This document shows positions 44,476 through 58,914 of a stretch of 64,000 nt of DNA, piece by piece. The position numbers and the translations under genes are program-made. Origin of the DNA: the human T2T-CHM13v2.0 reference genome, Homo sapiens; the NCBI RefSeq assembly GCF_009914755.1, contig NC_060934.1. The stretch is one strand, 5' to 3'. The notes beneath the pieces were generated by a model. The model had not been told where the DNA came from. It did not search any database and saw nothing but the letters and a program-made list of their open reading frames with translations. Each line of letters begins with the position of its first letter. The first letter of the stretch is position 1.

Positions 44476-45384
44476 CAGGGTTAAGTTTATTGAACAGCAG
44501 CAGAAGGAGGGTACACACATCTGTCTGGTCCAATCCCCTAATTTTACAGGTGGATGCCCTGAGGCTCAGAAGCACTGGGTGACATCCTGGCTCACAGAGC
44601 TTGAGGTGGCAGAGCCAGAGAGGGAGCCTCAGCTTCCTGGCTTCCTTTTGAGTGCTCTTTCCTCTGACCCTCACTCTTCCCCAAGCTGAGCTCTGAAGGA
44701 CAGGAAGAGAGAGGGCAAGATGCCAAGTAGAGGAGGCCCAATATGTACAGGCCTTGAGGCAGTCCTTGCGGAAGGCCACTGTGGTTGGAACAAGGTGAGT
44801 GAACAGAAGATGGTGAGAAATGCAGTGGAAAAGTTAGGCAGGGCCTTAACTCCTCAAAGAGGAGTGCAGATTTATTCTAAGGATGGTATGAGGCGTTTTA
44901 AAGGGGGACTAATGCAAAAAACATATATGGATGAAGAAGATGACTCTTCCTAGTTCATGGAGAATGGATTAATGGGGCCAGACAGAGGTGGAGAGTTGAG
45001 GTAGGAGTCTGTGGAAGGTGAAGTGGTGAGAAGTGGACAGACTAGAGCTTTGTTTTGGAGTTCAGATTGCCAGGACTTCCACATCACCTTTAAGGCATTT
45101 GTAAGAATTCCAAGAGGAAGGTGGCTATGCCTAGGCTGGAGAAAAAGGGCAGTGTGGATCCTCCTCTAGGCAGTTGGGTTATTCTAGAAGCAGATGTGTT
45201 GGCTCTTTCTGAAGCTCTGGAAAAGTATAAAGTTTTCTGTTGCGGTGTTCATGGCTTACCCTCCAGATGTTTTGACTGGCCGTTGCCCCACCAGCCTGCG
45301 GCCACTTGACACTTTGGATATCTCCTCTCAGGTATTCGGCTATAGCAGTAGTGGAGGAAAATTCTCCAAGAAATAAAAACTTTC

Positions 45385-45693
45385 AGGTGGGTGCGGTGGC
45401 TCACACTGGTAATCCCAGCACTTTGGGAGGCCGAGGTGGGCGGATCACTTGAGTCTAGGTGTTTAAGACCAGCCTGGGCAAGATAGCAAGACCTCGTCTT
45501 TATAAAATAGTTTTTTAAAAATTAGCCAGGCACGGTGGTTACACACCTGTGGTCCCAGGTACTCAGGAGGCTAAGGTGGGAGGATTCCTTGAGCCCAGGA
45601 GGATGAGGCTGCAGTGTGCAGAGAGCATGCCACTGCACTTCAGCATGAGTGACAAAGCAATACCCTGTCTCCAAAAAAGAAAAAAAAAAAATA
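45385..45693 (+). mobile_element. AluJ
   Basis: Dimer; TSD aagaaata(a/g)aaactt on both sides. Confidence 0.88.
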
Positions 45694-47316
45694 AAGAAAT
45701 AGAAACTTCCTTTCATCCGAATGCCCCTCCTTCTTTCCTAATGGAAAAATGGTTACCTATTCTTCAAAGCCTTCCTCAGATATTAAGCTTTACTATGAAA
45801 CTATGAAGACTTGTGTTTATACACAATTATATGGCATTAATTATGCTCATCTAACCCTTTTTACTATGCCTGTATGGTCCTTATTACACCTAAACTGTTA
45901 TCATTTTTTCTGTTTAACTCGGAGATACAAAGCCTAGAGAGATGAAGTAACTCACCCAAGGTCACAGGCAGTTGGGGCCCACAGTCTGAAAGCTTAGCCA
46001 TTGTGCCATGTTGTCACTAGCTGGGAGCTCTCTGGGCAGCATTACTGATTTTCTCTTGCTTTCAACACAACTCTGTTATGTCGCACTTTCCCTATTATGT
46101 GAAGAGTTAATTATCTGATTTTCTTCTCTGGTTGAGAGTGAGCAAATTGAAGGTAGGAACTGTGTGTTACTTACTTTCATATTCCAGTGTTGGATGGATA
46201 ACGGATGCAAAGTGAGTGAATGAATGACTAAAGAACATGAATGAATGAAGGGATGACTCAGAGAATAACTGAGAAAATAGAGTGGCAGGTGTGGGACGGG
46301 GCCTTCTGTTACCTTATGCAGACTGCACTTTTTCTAGGCCGAGGAGTCCCTGAGCTGCATTACAATTCAGGCCAGTGTAATTTCTGGCTTTACCATCACA
46401 TAGTTTAAAATTTTCCATTAATCCTTTGGTGTGTTCTAATCAAATAATGCTGTTCTCAGTTAAACAGTTGAAGAAGCTCCCATTCTGGCAGGTATTATAC
46501 TCTTTAACACAGTTGCTCTGTTGTCACCAAGGACACTTCTGCATCTGATATTGATTTAAATCTTCAGTTATGAAGGTCTTGAAGATGACTTTGTAGATAA
46601 TGAAGATTGTATTGGCTCAAGAAACTGTAACAATGGAAAGAATATAGTGCATACTTGTTCATCCAATCTGAGAAACAGAGTAGCCTTATTGATAAGCAAT
46701 TTACAAAGCATTTTGTTCTATGCTGATACAAAGTTGAAACATAGTGGGTGTTCTATTTGGTGTCAAGTGTTGAAAGTATTTTTGGAAAATTCATTATATT
46801 TTGGAGACAGTTCAAGTTGTGTTGAACTTTTACTCAAATAAAGATTTATATAGCTGTGCCTTGATTTTGAAAAATTTGTTTTATCAAAATCTGAATTGCA
46901 GAATAGATACATCAGAAACAAATGCCATTACAAAATAATCTCCAGGTAGCTCATCAAATACCTATGGAATGGGTACAATGAGTATAGGGAACCGGGTCAC
47001 CATCTATCCTTCTTATTCTCTAGGGTCTGATCAATAAAGCAAACCAATGAAGCAAGATTGCTAGCCAGATAGAAAATGAAAAGAGTGATTTTGCTTTGTA
47101 GAGTCCTCTGTGCACATCCTTGTAAAATCTATATTAAAATATTTGCTTTAGGCTTCATCAAAAGTGAGACTATTGACTCTTACTCTTTATCTAGATGTGA
47201 GCACCACAAGCTCAGATGTGCATACAGAAGGAGTGAGGCACCAGATCTTCTGGGCCATCCCCAATACCGTGTGCTTGAATATGGATGAGGCTGGCAGGTT
47301 GGTTCCAGAAAGAAGA

Positions 47317-47748
47317 CATTATAGGTGGAATGATGTTCCCTTAACCCCAGAAGATGTCCACATTCTAATTCCTAAAAGCTGTGGCTATTTTACCTCCGAA
47401 AGCAAAAGAGACTTTGCAGATGGGATTCTATTAAGAATCTTGAGATGGGGTTGATCAATGCCTTTGATTATCTAGGTGAGCCAATATAATCACAAGGGTC
47501 CTTACAAGAGGGAGGCAAGAGGGTCACAGAAGATGTGATGATGTAAGCAGAGGTCAAAGTGATCCACAGGCCAAGGAATTTGAGCAGCCTCCAGGAGACA
47601 GAACAGGCAAGAAACTAGAGTCTCTTGGCAGACAGCGTGGTTTTGGTCCATTGAGATTTCTGACCTATAGAACTCTAATGTAGTAAATTTGTGTTCTTTT
47701 GAGCTAGTAAGTGTGTGATTTCTTACAGCAGCAATAGGAAATTACTGT
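47317..47748 (+). mobile_element. MLT1C/D MaLR LTR
   Basis: agatgtccacattctaattcc...gactttgcagatg...tcttgagatgggg...ttacagcagcaataggaaa. Confidence 0.8.
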
Positions 47749-50700
47749 AGAAGGTTTGGGGACCTGCACAGATGTGCTTATTACAAGGGAACAAGATACA
47801 AAGGAGAACCTTCTGGGTGTCATCACAGAAAGTGAAGGACAAAGTAACCCTGTTCACCAGGAAAGCATGGTCCAGTTCATGTCAAGCTTCAACAGATGAA
47901 ATCAACCACCTTCCTCTCCTGGGGAAGACGAGTGAGAGAAACAGAAGCTAATTAAGGTGTCTTAGTGGAGAGAAGTTTAACTCCAGGAATTAGAGGCTCA
48001 CACAACCCTTGAAGGATGGGAAACGAAGCCTGATATGATCACTTTCAGGAAATCTAAAATGTGGGAATCGCAGAGAAACATGCTCCCTAAGTGAGTCACA
48101 GGAGGATGCCAAAGTCTATAGTCCAGACTCCACTTCTGTTGCCTGTCTGCAGACATTGTCAGAGAATGACCTTCACCTTCCAAATCTCATGTGAGACATT
48201 CTCAATGGTGGACTCTTCTAGTGACCCCACAGGCAAGGAAGAAATGTAGTTTCTAGGCTTCACCCCTCTAAAAGTCAAGGGCCAAACTGTACAGGGTATC
48301 AAAATACCTGGCACAGAGGTGAAGAGAAAATTATGGTAGAAGTTTGCTTCTCTGCAGTTTGAGGGTGGAAGGTAGAAAGAGGAACATAAGCATCTCTCCT
48401 TACATCCCTAGCCCTATGCTCCCCTCACCTGCATTCCCCTCACCAATAACTTAGAGTTTGCCAAGACTGGGAGATGGTCTTAGAAATGGAGAAATAACTC
48501 AGTATGATAGTCAGCAGCAAGCCAAGATGTTCATTGACTTGGCTACCATTATAAGCCAAGTCAATGAACATCTTGGCAAACTCTGAGTTATTGCAGAGCA
48601 GTGCAGTCAACTCAGTACAGAAAAGATAGGAGACAGATGGGAAATTGAATATTCGTGGATACGTTTTAGGTGATTGTGCTGTAATTTAACTATAACTTAC
48701 CAGGTATCTATTTTGAACCTGCTTTATTTCAAGGGCACTTTTTTTTAAGCTTTTGACAAATAATTTAAGCCAAATTAATATTCATTGCAAATGTCAGGAG
48801 CAGTTGAGTTTTCTTTTCATAGAGCCTTTGAACCTGTTTATGGGAAAGATCAAGTGTTATCATGCCATTAGTTCTACTTTTTAATACAGGATAAAGTTGT
48901 ACATGTCACTGTTATCTAATTACTAATAGCTATAAATACCAGTTAATTAAATAATGCAGGAATAGAATAAATTTACTATGCCGTGTTTCTTATTGCTCTC
49001 AATCAAGTATTTTTAGAAGATTTTCATATTACCTCTTTTCAGTTTTAATTGCCTCTTAAGAAGACAGAATTGCTTCTGGTATACCTGAAGCAGCCAAGGG
49101 GGTGGAGTTGTTAACATGTAATGCGGCTTGCAGGCATTTGGTTCAGTGTGGAGTCTCAGAGGGTGAAAGTGTAGAATGCCAGATCAAGGTTTCAAGCCAT
49201 GAACTAAGAGTATGGAAAAGAGCTGGGGAGGAGTATGTTGTAGATGAATTGAGGTATTAGAAAATAGGAGTGCAGGTTGCAGATTACTAGGAAGCCACTG
49301 AATAGAACTGTTTGAAGCTATCGTACCTGCTCAGTAGCCAGGATGACTTTTTCAGGCCCATTCAGAGTAGGTTTTGGTTTGGTAACACTGTTTTTGCTTG
49401 ACTTTTTGCTGCTAACTATCATACTGAGTTATTTCTCCATTTCTAAGACCGTAAGGCCAATATCAAGAGCTATTGCTTTCAGCTCCTAGTTACTAATCAT
49501 TTCAGTTTTATCATCAGAGATTTTGTTTTTTTACTTCCAATGGATTAGTTCAGTTTCTACCTAGGCAGACTATCATGGACCAAAATGTTCTTCTCTAAAA
49601 ATGCATGTTAGAAAATATTATCATGGTCCTTTTGGTGTTTAACAGCTTCTTTGGAATAATAATTTAAATTGTGTTGACCACTCTACACATCATATTTTCA
49701 GTTAATATAGAAGTTATGCTCTAAAATAGTCAGTTTCTAAGGTTTGGTTTAATTTCTTTGTGTCTTAGGAGCCTATGTTGATTTGAATGGTGATATTAAT
49801 ATCATTATTAGCTATCCTTACATAAGACCACCCAATAAAACTTTTTGGTATCTGTAATAAAGTTTGACTTTAATTTTTGCCAAAATATGTGATGTAATTC
49901 TGGAGTTGAAGACATCCTAAAAAAGAGTCAACTTAGATTACTGTATGCCCCAGCAAAATAATGCCTCATGATCACCTATTTCCACCTCTAGACAATTTCA
50001 TTTATAACCTTGACTTCAAACCTAATTCACATCTGCTTAGCTCAGAACTTTCTTCTGAATTCAAACTTGCTTATACACTTTTCATTTTAGGTACCCCATC
50101 CAGCTGTTTCATAGGCACCTCACCTTTAATATGTGCAAATCTGAAATTATTAGTCTTTTTTCATTCCACCAGAACTTCTCTGCCTTCTATATTTCCTGGC
50201 AAAGGGATTGATGCCAGCTAGTCGTCCAAGTTCAGGATCTGAACATATCCTAGACTTCTACCTTTTCTCCATATCCAATCAGTTGCTAAGACCAACCTTC
50301 TAAATACATATTTCCCCTTCCCCGCTATCCTGTTTGTTATTATATTGCTGAAGCGTTCATGATGTTTCAGCTGGAACTATTGCAATAACTTGCTTACTAA
50401 CCATTGTCTTAGGGCAGCTTCCACAGAAATCAAACCCTAAGAGGAATTTTTGTGCACAAGTAATTTATGAAGAAATTGCTCCCAGGATAGACTCCTGGAA
50501 AGTGAGGGAAAGTAGAACAGGGGAGGAAGAGAAGCCAAGCAAGGATGAGAACTTGGGCAAATTTCTGCAGAGGGTAGCTTCCATCATATCCTGCAGCCAG
50601 GGCGACACTAAGACTTTGGTAGAGTCCTTCCTCAATCAATCAATTGCAACTTGGACTTTCCTGAATACGCTATGCTGCCTCAAGATTCCTGCCTTTTCAC

Positions 50701-50846
50701 CTGCTGGTCCACTGGCCTGAAATATTCTTCTTCTTTGGTTCCCTCCTCACTTGACCTCTGGACTAAAGATGACTACAAAGTTTTTTTCCTGCTCTCCCTT
50801 TGTGACTGTTCCAAGAAGTCTTGAGGTCGTTTTTCTATTCTGTTTT

Positions 50847-51323
50847 GTGAAAAGGCCATATTTGCGAAGGGAACCCCAAATACAAAAGGAGCTGAGAAAC
50901 CAAAGGGTAGGGCAAACAAATCCAGTTTGTCAATAGAGGGTGGTTTATTGGGGAACTCATGGGCAGAAGCATGGTCTTGGGCAGTCATAAGACAGGTAGA
51001 TCTCCTCACCATTACCCCAAGACCCAGAGCTTATATACCATAGAAAAAGGGTATATGTGCTTTAGCTCTAGAGGGAATGTGCAGGACAATTAAAGTTGAC
51101 CCTTCATGGAAAGACAAGAACGCTATGTGCATCATAGCCTATAATTTGCCAAAGGGCAGGATATATGGTAAGTATGTGTTTATGATGATAACATCGAGAT
51201 TGTACTGGTTTACAAAAGGAACAGTAAATAAGGCAGAAATATTAGAGGCACTCCTGGGATTGGGGTTAATCTGAAGTCAAAATGGCGGATTAGCATTCAA
51301 GATGGAGTTACTTTAGCCTCCTC
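50847..51323 (-). mobile_element. ERV LTR (LTR47-like) within L2/LTR16 remnants (~49990-51500)
   Basis: The reverse complement starts ggaggctaaagtaactccatcttgaatgctaatccgccat, resembling recalled LTR47; antisense poly(A) signal tttatt. Confidence 0.6.
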
Positions 51324-54240
51324 TTACTCCATGGTGAGCTTCTCCTGGGCTGCCATAGCTCTGTGTATTGACTTGGTTATTTTATTTCATTGCAACTGTT
51401 ATTTGCATGATTACCTTTCCCTAGTGGGGGATGGAAGAGACAAAATCTTTTCATTTTTATCCCTTTGGTGTTTAGCCCAACACTTGTTAAGCCAATGAAG
51501 GAAGTAAAGAAGTGAAAAAAATTGATGAAAGGACTGTGATTCCAGTTATGCGTATTAGATCATAAATAGTTTCTGAGGAGCTTGAGATTCCATTAGAATA
51601 TGTGATGTAAGTAAAACTTATTTTGGCTTATTACCTTTTTACTATTGAGTATGATGAGACCTCATGGTAAAAGTTGTATCAATTTTAGAGTCTCTTTGAT
51701 GTAGCTATAAGATTTTACATTTCTTTTATGACTCACCATGTAAAGTTTCAAATATGTACTAGAGAGATTTAAAATGAGCATGAAGTGATGACTAACATGT
51801 AAATTTGAGAATTTCAGTGTTAAAATGATAGATTTGTTTTCTCATCTACAAATATTATATTTTTAAATATTAGGTAGAACTGATTCTAAAGGAAGTAATC
51901 ACATTACCCATATTTTAAAAATTAAACTTGCCCGTGAAAGAAAAGCAAAGCTTACATGACACTTTAACTTTTACAACATTTTATTTAAAAGATAAATGTC
52001 ATTACTCAGTTCACTAAAATGACCTTTAAAAGCCATGATCTTTAAAAAAGAAATAGTTTTCTTTTAAAGGGAAACACATTGCACCAATTTGCAAGTTAAT
52101 GGTCGAATTTTTGCCTTAACAGTGATGAGAAAGCAGAAATTGAGGCACAAATGATACAAATAGCATGTTTCAGTCTTGAAAGGCAATATTATTCCTTTTA
52201 TTCCTTAAATAAGCTTTTACGGAAGCGTTCTGACTAACGCTGCATGCAAGAGATTTACGTACATACTTCCATGAGATGAGGATGTGTCATTAAAATATAT
52301 GAACATAATAGATGTTGTGCACACAATATGAAACAAAACTATGCTTAGGGCATCTGGAAAGTTTCTCTTTATGAAATAAATGAACAATAGCTTTATTTAA
52401 ATCTATCTAAAACCAAGCTCTGATTTACATATAGGGCTTAATTTGGATCATTGAATTTCCTTTGCATTGGTTTCTTATGCATACATTTTGTAGTAATTTT
52501 AAATATGTAAACTCATCAGCATAGTTTGTGTGTGTATCTGTATTCTAGGGGATCCTTTAGGCTAAATAAATGCAATATGTGAAAGTTTTAAATCACCAAT
52601 TATTAATTAAGACATAAATTTCCTATATACAGTCATACCTACCTGCATTTACAGTGTGAACCTGCTTTGTCTTTCCTTGAATAAAATTAAAGTGATTGGA
52701 TCTTTCCAAGTATCATATTTACAACCAACTTCTCCCTCTGGAGGCTCCCTCCCTTCCCCACCTCCAGCCTGGACTGAACACACAGAAGACTGGGTGTGAT
52801 TTTATGATATAAATCAATGGAAAAGCTGGTCCACCTTACTAGGAGCAGCTTTTTAGATCAGCCTCTATTGTGCATATTCAAATATATTTATATGCATGTA
52901 ACAACAAAAAAACATTCTTGTGGCTTTGTTTATTAAAGATTTCTTTCTGGACAAATAGATTTTGAATTATTGCTTTATAAAGTAGACCCCAATTTACTAC
53001 ATCACGTTTTTTCTTTGTCATCATCTATTGTTCTTTTGGATCCTAATTATTCATTTTTCTCATGTTTTAAACTTCTTATATACAAGGCTTATTTATACTT
53101 GTCACTCTCCCATGCCTGTCATAGTCTATATTTATATTTCACTTATTTTAAGAAAATGCACAGAAATCCATGTTAAACAACTAACCACACAAAAACTACA
53201 TTCTCCTTCAAGATTAAACCCCTGCCTTACTTTGCCCCTTCTCTTCCCAGCCTGTCTTTTTGAAAGAGTTACCTGCTTTACTATCTTTACGTCTTCACCT
53301 TTTTGTCATCTCTAGGTTTCCGTGAACTTAAAATGCTTCCTGGTATTAAGAACTACTTGGTTGTCCCCTGTGCTTATGTATTTTTAAATGAAATAGGTTG
53401 AATTCCGCTTTTAGATTTTTTTTTTGCTCTGAATTAAGCTCATAGCGGGACTTATTAAAATGCAATTGCTAATAAGAGCTAATAATTACTGAGCACGTAC
53501 TATAGTCCAGGCAGCATGCTAAACTCTACCTGGATTGTCTAATTTATGCATCACTATCACACTATGAGGTAGGAGTTTTGCCACTGGAGAACTCACAAGG
53601 CGAGTTTTGGCCATACTCTCCAGAATAATATAGGTCACCCTAAAGTCACCCCAACATGGAATATACATACATTGCTGAAAATACATCCCCTAAGGTTGGA
53701 GTTCTAAAATCAAAAGTCCAGTAGCAGGTGGGGTGGTTCAGGAGATTGATTTCTGAATGTTCTTATTATTCCTAATAGAATTTAAGTCTAGACAATAAAG
53801 ATATATTCAATGACAGTAGAAATAGGGATAAGAAAAACAATAAACCTAAGATGAAATTAGTATGCAAAATGTATGCTAGAAATCCTCTACCCTTGGCAAC
53901 ATGAGCCTCAGACTTGAACTCTGAGCCAAAACGAAGATGAAAAAACTATCAGTGACATCATTAACTTTTTCTAAAATCAGAAAACAAACCACTTGTTCAG
54001 GAAAAGTTCAGTTCATCTAACAATGAGACTCAGGTCCTCATAGCAATGATCATAAAACATTATACACACATCCCTTTAAAATAGATGTATCTTTCCAAAA
54101 TACATTTTTATAGCAATTACATAATTTTCTTGAATCATATTTTAGTGTAAAAATGAGCAGCCTTTTCTATTGGTTCGTCTAAGTCCTCCTTGCTTCCATT
54201 TTAGCTTACTTAGCTTATGATTCAGTAGGTGTGGAATCTA

Positions 54241-54323
54241 TTAAGTTGGTGCAAAAGTTATTGCGGTTTTTGCCAGTTCCAAAACCAATGGCCAAAACTG
54301 CAGTTACCTTTGCACCAACCTAA
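54241..54323. mobile_element. MADE1 MITE (Hsmar1-derived; source family of miR-548)
   Basis: ttaagttggtgcaaaagttattgcggtttttgcc...ggccaaaactgcagttacctttgcaccaacctaa, with TA TSD at 54239-54240 and 54324-54325. Confidence 0.92.
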
Positions 54324-54963
54324 TATGTGAATTTCCTCTCTTTTTACCTTGCATGTCATCAATAGAAAGTGGGGCCACAGTAGTTAAAATAAGTGACTGC
54401 TTCTGAAATGGTCCTTCATCTATTAAATATCTCAGTACTTACAAGAACACTTGTATTTCTCCTTGTTTCTTTTTGGAAATATTTAAATGTAGTTTATAGA
54501 ATAGCAGAAATATTCCAAAGAGCCATTTGTTTATTAAGCAAATTTTGTGTCAGAGGGAAATATTGTATAATGAAAGATGTGTCCCAAGTTTGTTTTTTTC
54601 CATGTTTAAATCTTTTTGTTTGCTTTGTTATTCCTCACAAGCTTAAAACAGTTTTAAAATTGCATAATGTTTTAGTTGCTGATAAATCCTTTATCGGGGA
54701 GAAGAGGATGTGGGTGGATAAAATTAAGACTATTGTGATACGGAATAAATTTGCAGAGCTGGAAAGCAAGGAAAAACTAAAAAAAAAAAACTTTTACAGA
54801 GATCTGTTTAGTGAAAAAACATAAGTGATAGGATTTCTCTTTGTTAAAAAGGACCATATTCTTTACAATATTTTCTTATAGCAATCTCAAGGTTTATTTA
54901 GATGAAATACCTAATACAAGGTTTTGGAACATCTACAGAAGTGTATTTGGGGCCATACAACTT

Positions 54964-54994
54964 GGAGAGAGGGATTGAGGGAGGGAGGGAGGGG

Positions 54995-55026
<32 letters not shown>

Positions 55027-55031
55027 GAGAA
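54964..55031. repeat. GA-rich polypurine repeat
   Basis: Direct reading. Confidence 0.85.
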
Positions 55032-55441
55032 AGTGAAAAATGCAAACATAATTAAAGACAAAGACTTCTTTTCAAGAAATATCATTCAGTTAGATAAAAT
55101 GTGCACAATAAACCTGTGTTTGTGTTTGACAATTCCTCAGAAAGCATCCTTAAACATGGTATTACCATATGACCCTGCAATTCCCCTTCTAAGCATATAC
55201 CACAAGTAATTGAAAACAGATATTCAGACAAATAACATGTATACACTACATGTTCATAGCAGCTCTATTGACAATGACCAAAAAGTGGAAACAGTCCAAA
55301 TGTCCATCAGTGGATGAATGGATAAACAAATGTGGTATATGCAAACAATGGAGTATTGTTCAGCCATAGAAATGAAGCACTGATACATGCTACAGTATGA
55401 TGAAGCCCCAAAACGTCTTAATTGAAAGAAGTCTAGGCCTA

Positions 55442-55755
55442 GTCCGGGTGCCGTGGCTCATGCCTGTAATCCCAACACTTTGAGAGGCCAAGGAGAGCAG
55501 ATCACTTGAGGCCAGGCATTCAAGACCAGCCTGGGCAACATAGCGACACGCTATCTCTACAAAAAATACAAAAATTAGCTAGGTGTGGTGGCACACACCT
55601 ATAGTCCCAGCTACTCAGGAGGCTGAGATGGGAGGATTGTTTGAGTCCAGGAGGTCATGGCTGCAGTGAGCCAGGATCATGCCACTGCACTCCAGCCTGG
55701 GTGACAAAGCGAGACCCCCTTCTCAAAAATAAATAAATAAATAAATAAATAAAAA
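55442..55755 (+). mobile_element. AluJ with (TAAA)n tail
   Basis: Dimer with J-type right arm. Confidence 0.88.
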
Positions 55756-55795
55756 GGAAGAAAAAGCTGGACATAAAAGGCTATATCTATATATA

Positions 55796-56070
<275 letters not shown>

Positions 56071-58074
56071 CTATATAGTGTATGATTACATTTATATGAA
56101 ATGTTCAGAATAGTTTAATACTAGAGACCAAATGAAGATTGGTGGTTGCCAGGGCCTGGGGAGAAGGGGGGAGGGTGGTGGAATAATTGCTTAATAGGTA
56201 GGGGATTTGAATTTAGTATGATGGAAATATTTTGCAACTAGATAGAGATGGTGGTTACACAAAGTTGTGAATGTACTAAATGCCACTGAATTGTATAATT
56301 AAGAATGGGTAATTTTATGTTACGTGGTTTCCACCTCAATAAATTATTTTAGAAATAAGTGTTTGCCTCCAGGACTGAAGAATGGGGAGTTGGAGAGAGG
56401 GGTGGGGCATTGTCATAGTATTTTGGTTTTAAACTTTACAATAATGTCTAAATTGTAAAACTATGTGTGTCACTTGATAAAATAAAATTCATTTAAAATT
56501 TTTACTAAATGTTGAGTAAATAACAAGGAAATGTCTAAGTCCTAGAAAAATGTTGACTAATAAAACTGATTATAGGTAGTATTGAGGATTTTTAAAAGAA
56601 ATCTCTTTGTGGACATTAATTTTGAGCTGCACTTTTGAGGCTGAGCTGAATAGACTGATAGAATGAACGAGGGTTTGGGAGTGGGTGGCATAAGAGGCGG
56701 GATATGAAGGGGACTGGGAGGTACAGCCTTATAAAAAGGACTTCCCCAAAGATGAAAGTAGAGGTCATGGGAATCCAACAATTGGTTACTTCCTCTCCAT
56801 CTTGTTTGCACCAAACACTTTACCTCTCTCTGCTTTCAATTTATAATTAGTTAAATGAAAAAGATATTGGAATCCCCATATCATGGAACTACTGTAAGAA
56901 TAGTCTGTCCTGGTATTGGAAAAAAATTCTAAATTTTATCGATAAAAATTCAATGTAGGTATATTAACTACTTTAAGCCCAGAATTATTCCACTGATGTT
57001 CACAAGTCACCCATAGGGAAGTGGCTCTTGTTCCCTAAGGGATGAAAAATATGAGTCTTGGTTTTGCTTAGAAAATTAAAACGAAAAGGTATGAATTCCA
57101 CTGACACCTTTGTAACTTAACAAAAACCTTAAGGATCTTTTTGGATTCATGGCATTCATAATAGCTTCTACCTACCCAATTCTGTAGAGGCTTTAGTAGT
57201 CTTCAAGTCCTGTTTCTTAAAGCCTATTAAAAAATACATTTTTAGAATACGACATGTGAGAACTTCATAAAACATTTGGGAAATTAGCCAGTTTCCCTGA
57301 GCGTGTGCCCTTGAAAAATCAGATGTAACTTCCAAAGTGACTCTAGGAATTTCAAATTGCCACTCACAGTGAGAATCCACTCCTTCATCCCATCTTGACA
57401 CTTCTGCCCAAGAAGAGCAACTGCTGGGCATATTTTGGAAAGTGATTTAGGGCTTCTTGCTCCCAGTATTATTTTAATTTAGTGTATTGGAGCTGTCAGC
57501 TTTCACCTGACTGACTCTGATGGACCCCACGCATTGCACAGTGTATGGGTAAAATAATAGGTAAGACATTATAATTTATTGAAGTCAGGGTTACTGTTAT
57601 AAATACTCATAGCATCTTTTTCCTTTTTTTAAAAAATCATAAACTCCTACAATTGCTTTCACTGCTGGTGGTATTCCTTTTCAATGCTTATCAAAGTGTA
57701 AGTAAACAAATAACCCATGTTCTCGGTGACATAAACCAACCTAAACTAACAAAGAGAATTAAAGATAGTCTCTGAGTATGGTTACCTTGAAGATAAATAA
57801 ATTGTTAAAAAAATTCCAGAAAGTTTTTCTAAGAAAATTTCCCTCATTTAGGAATCATATTTTTTGTCTTCTAAGACAATGAAATAAATTAACATAAGCA
57901 CACTGGTTCTAAGTTTAAAAGAAATCAACCCAAATGCCTGAAGCTCAGAAAGTGAGTACTCCTAATAAAATATTTGAAATTTCACTTTTCCAGGTACAAG
58001 TTTCCTGTATTTTATCATTTTCTTGTGCCTACTAGATTTCCTATCTTTCTTGCTTTTACAAATATTTCCTTGTT

Positions 58075-58550
58075 GCAATCCAAGTGTCCCATTGATGGAT
58101 GCATGGATAAACGAAATGTGATGTAGTCATACAATGGAATATTATTCAGCCCTAAAAAGGAAGGAAATTCTGACACATACTACAACATGAATGAACCTCG
58201 AAAAACTTATGCAAAGTAAAATAAGCCAGGCACAGAAAGACAAATACTGTATGAATCCAATGATATGAGTTACTTAGAGTAGTCAAAGTCAAGAAGAAAG
58301 TAGAATGGTGGTTCCCTGAGGCTGGGGGAAGGGGAAATGTGGAGCTATTGTTTAATGAGATTAATGTGTATAATGAGTCTCAGTTTTGCAGTTCAGTTTT
58401 GCAAGATGAAAAGAGTTCTGTGAGTGGGTGGGGGTGATAGGACTATGACAATAAGAATGTACTTGAAGCAATTGAACTGTACAGTTAAAAATGGTTAAGA
58501 TGGTGAGTTTTATGTGTATTTACCATAATTTTTAAAATTAAAAACTTAAA
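58075..58550 (+). mobile_element. L1MA/MB-type 3' end
   Basis: atacaatggaatattattcagccctaaaaaggaaggaaattctgacac...aaaatggttaagatggtg. Confidence 0.8.
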
Positions 58551-58914
58551 AATAGATATGAAAAGAATGGTTTTAGTAGTTTTCCATTAAGTCTATCATC
58601 AGCTCTTTAATTAGGATAAACACTTAGTGTCTTGTTAGAGAAAAAATCCTTGCCTTTATTTTATTTGTAAATTCAAATGATGTTGGATACAAATATTTTC
58701 CATATATATTTAGCTTCTTAAATATAGTCTGTTTTCACTCTTGGTTTTTAAGATGTGCCATCCTTTGAAGTAACAAAAATGCGATATAATATGCTTTATG
58801 TCTGTAATTTCATTTTAATACCACAATTATTGGTGAGGAAACTCTTACCAATGAGGAAACTGATGCTCAAAGAAGTACCTTGTTCCAGGTCATATAGTGC
58901 TAAGTCAGGATTTG

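Noticed and set aside
46560-46841. Stop-free stretch YEGLEDDFVDNEDCIGSRNC... after a cttcag acceptor-like site
   Set aside because: Weak pyrimidine tract, no convincing donor and no recognised homology; BLASTX would be needed to revive it.
54393-54824. 143-aa + strand ORF
   Set aside because: Non-ATG first codon, AT-rich low-information sequence, no splice context or homology.
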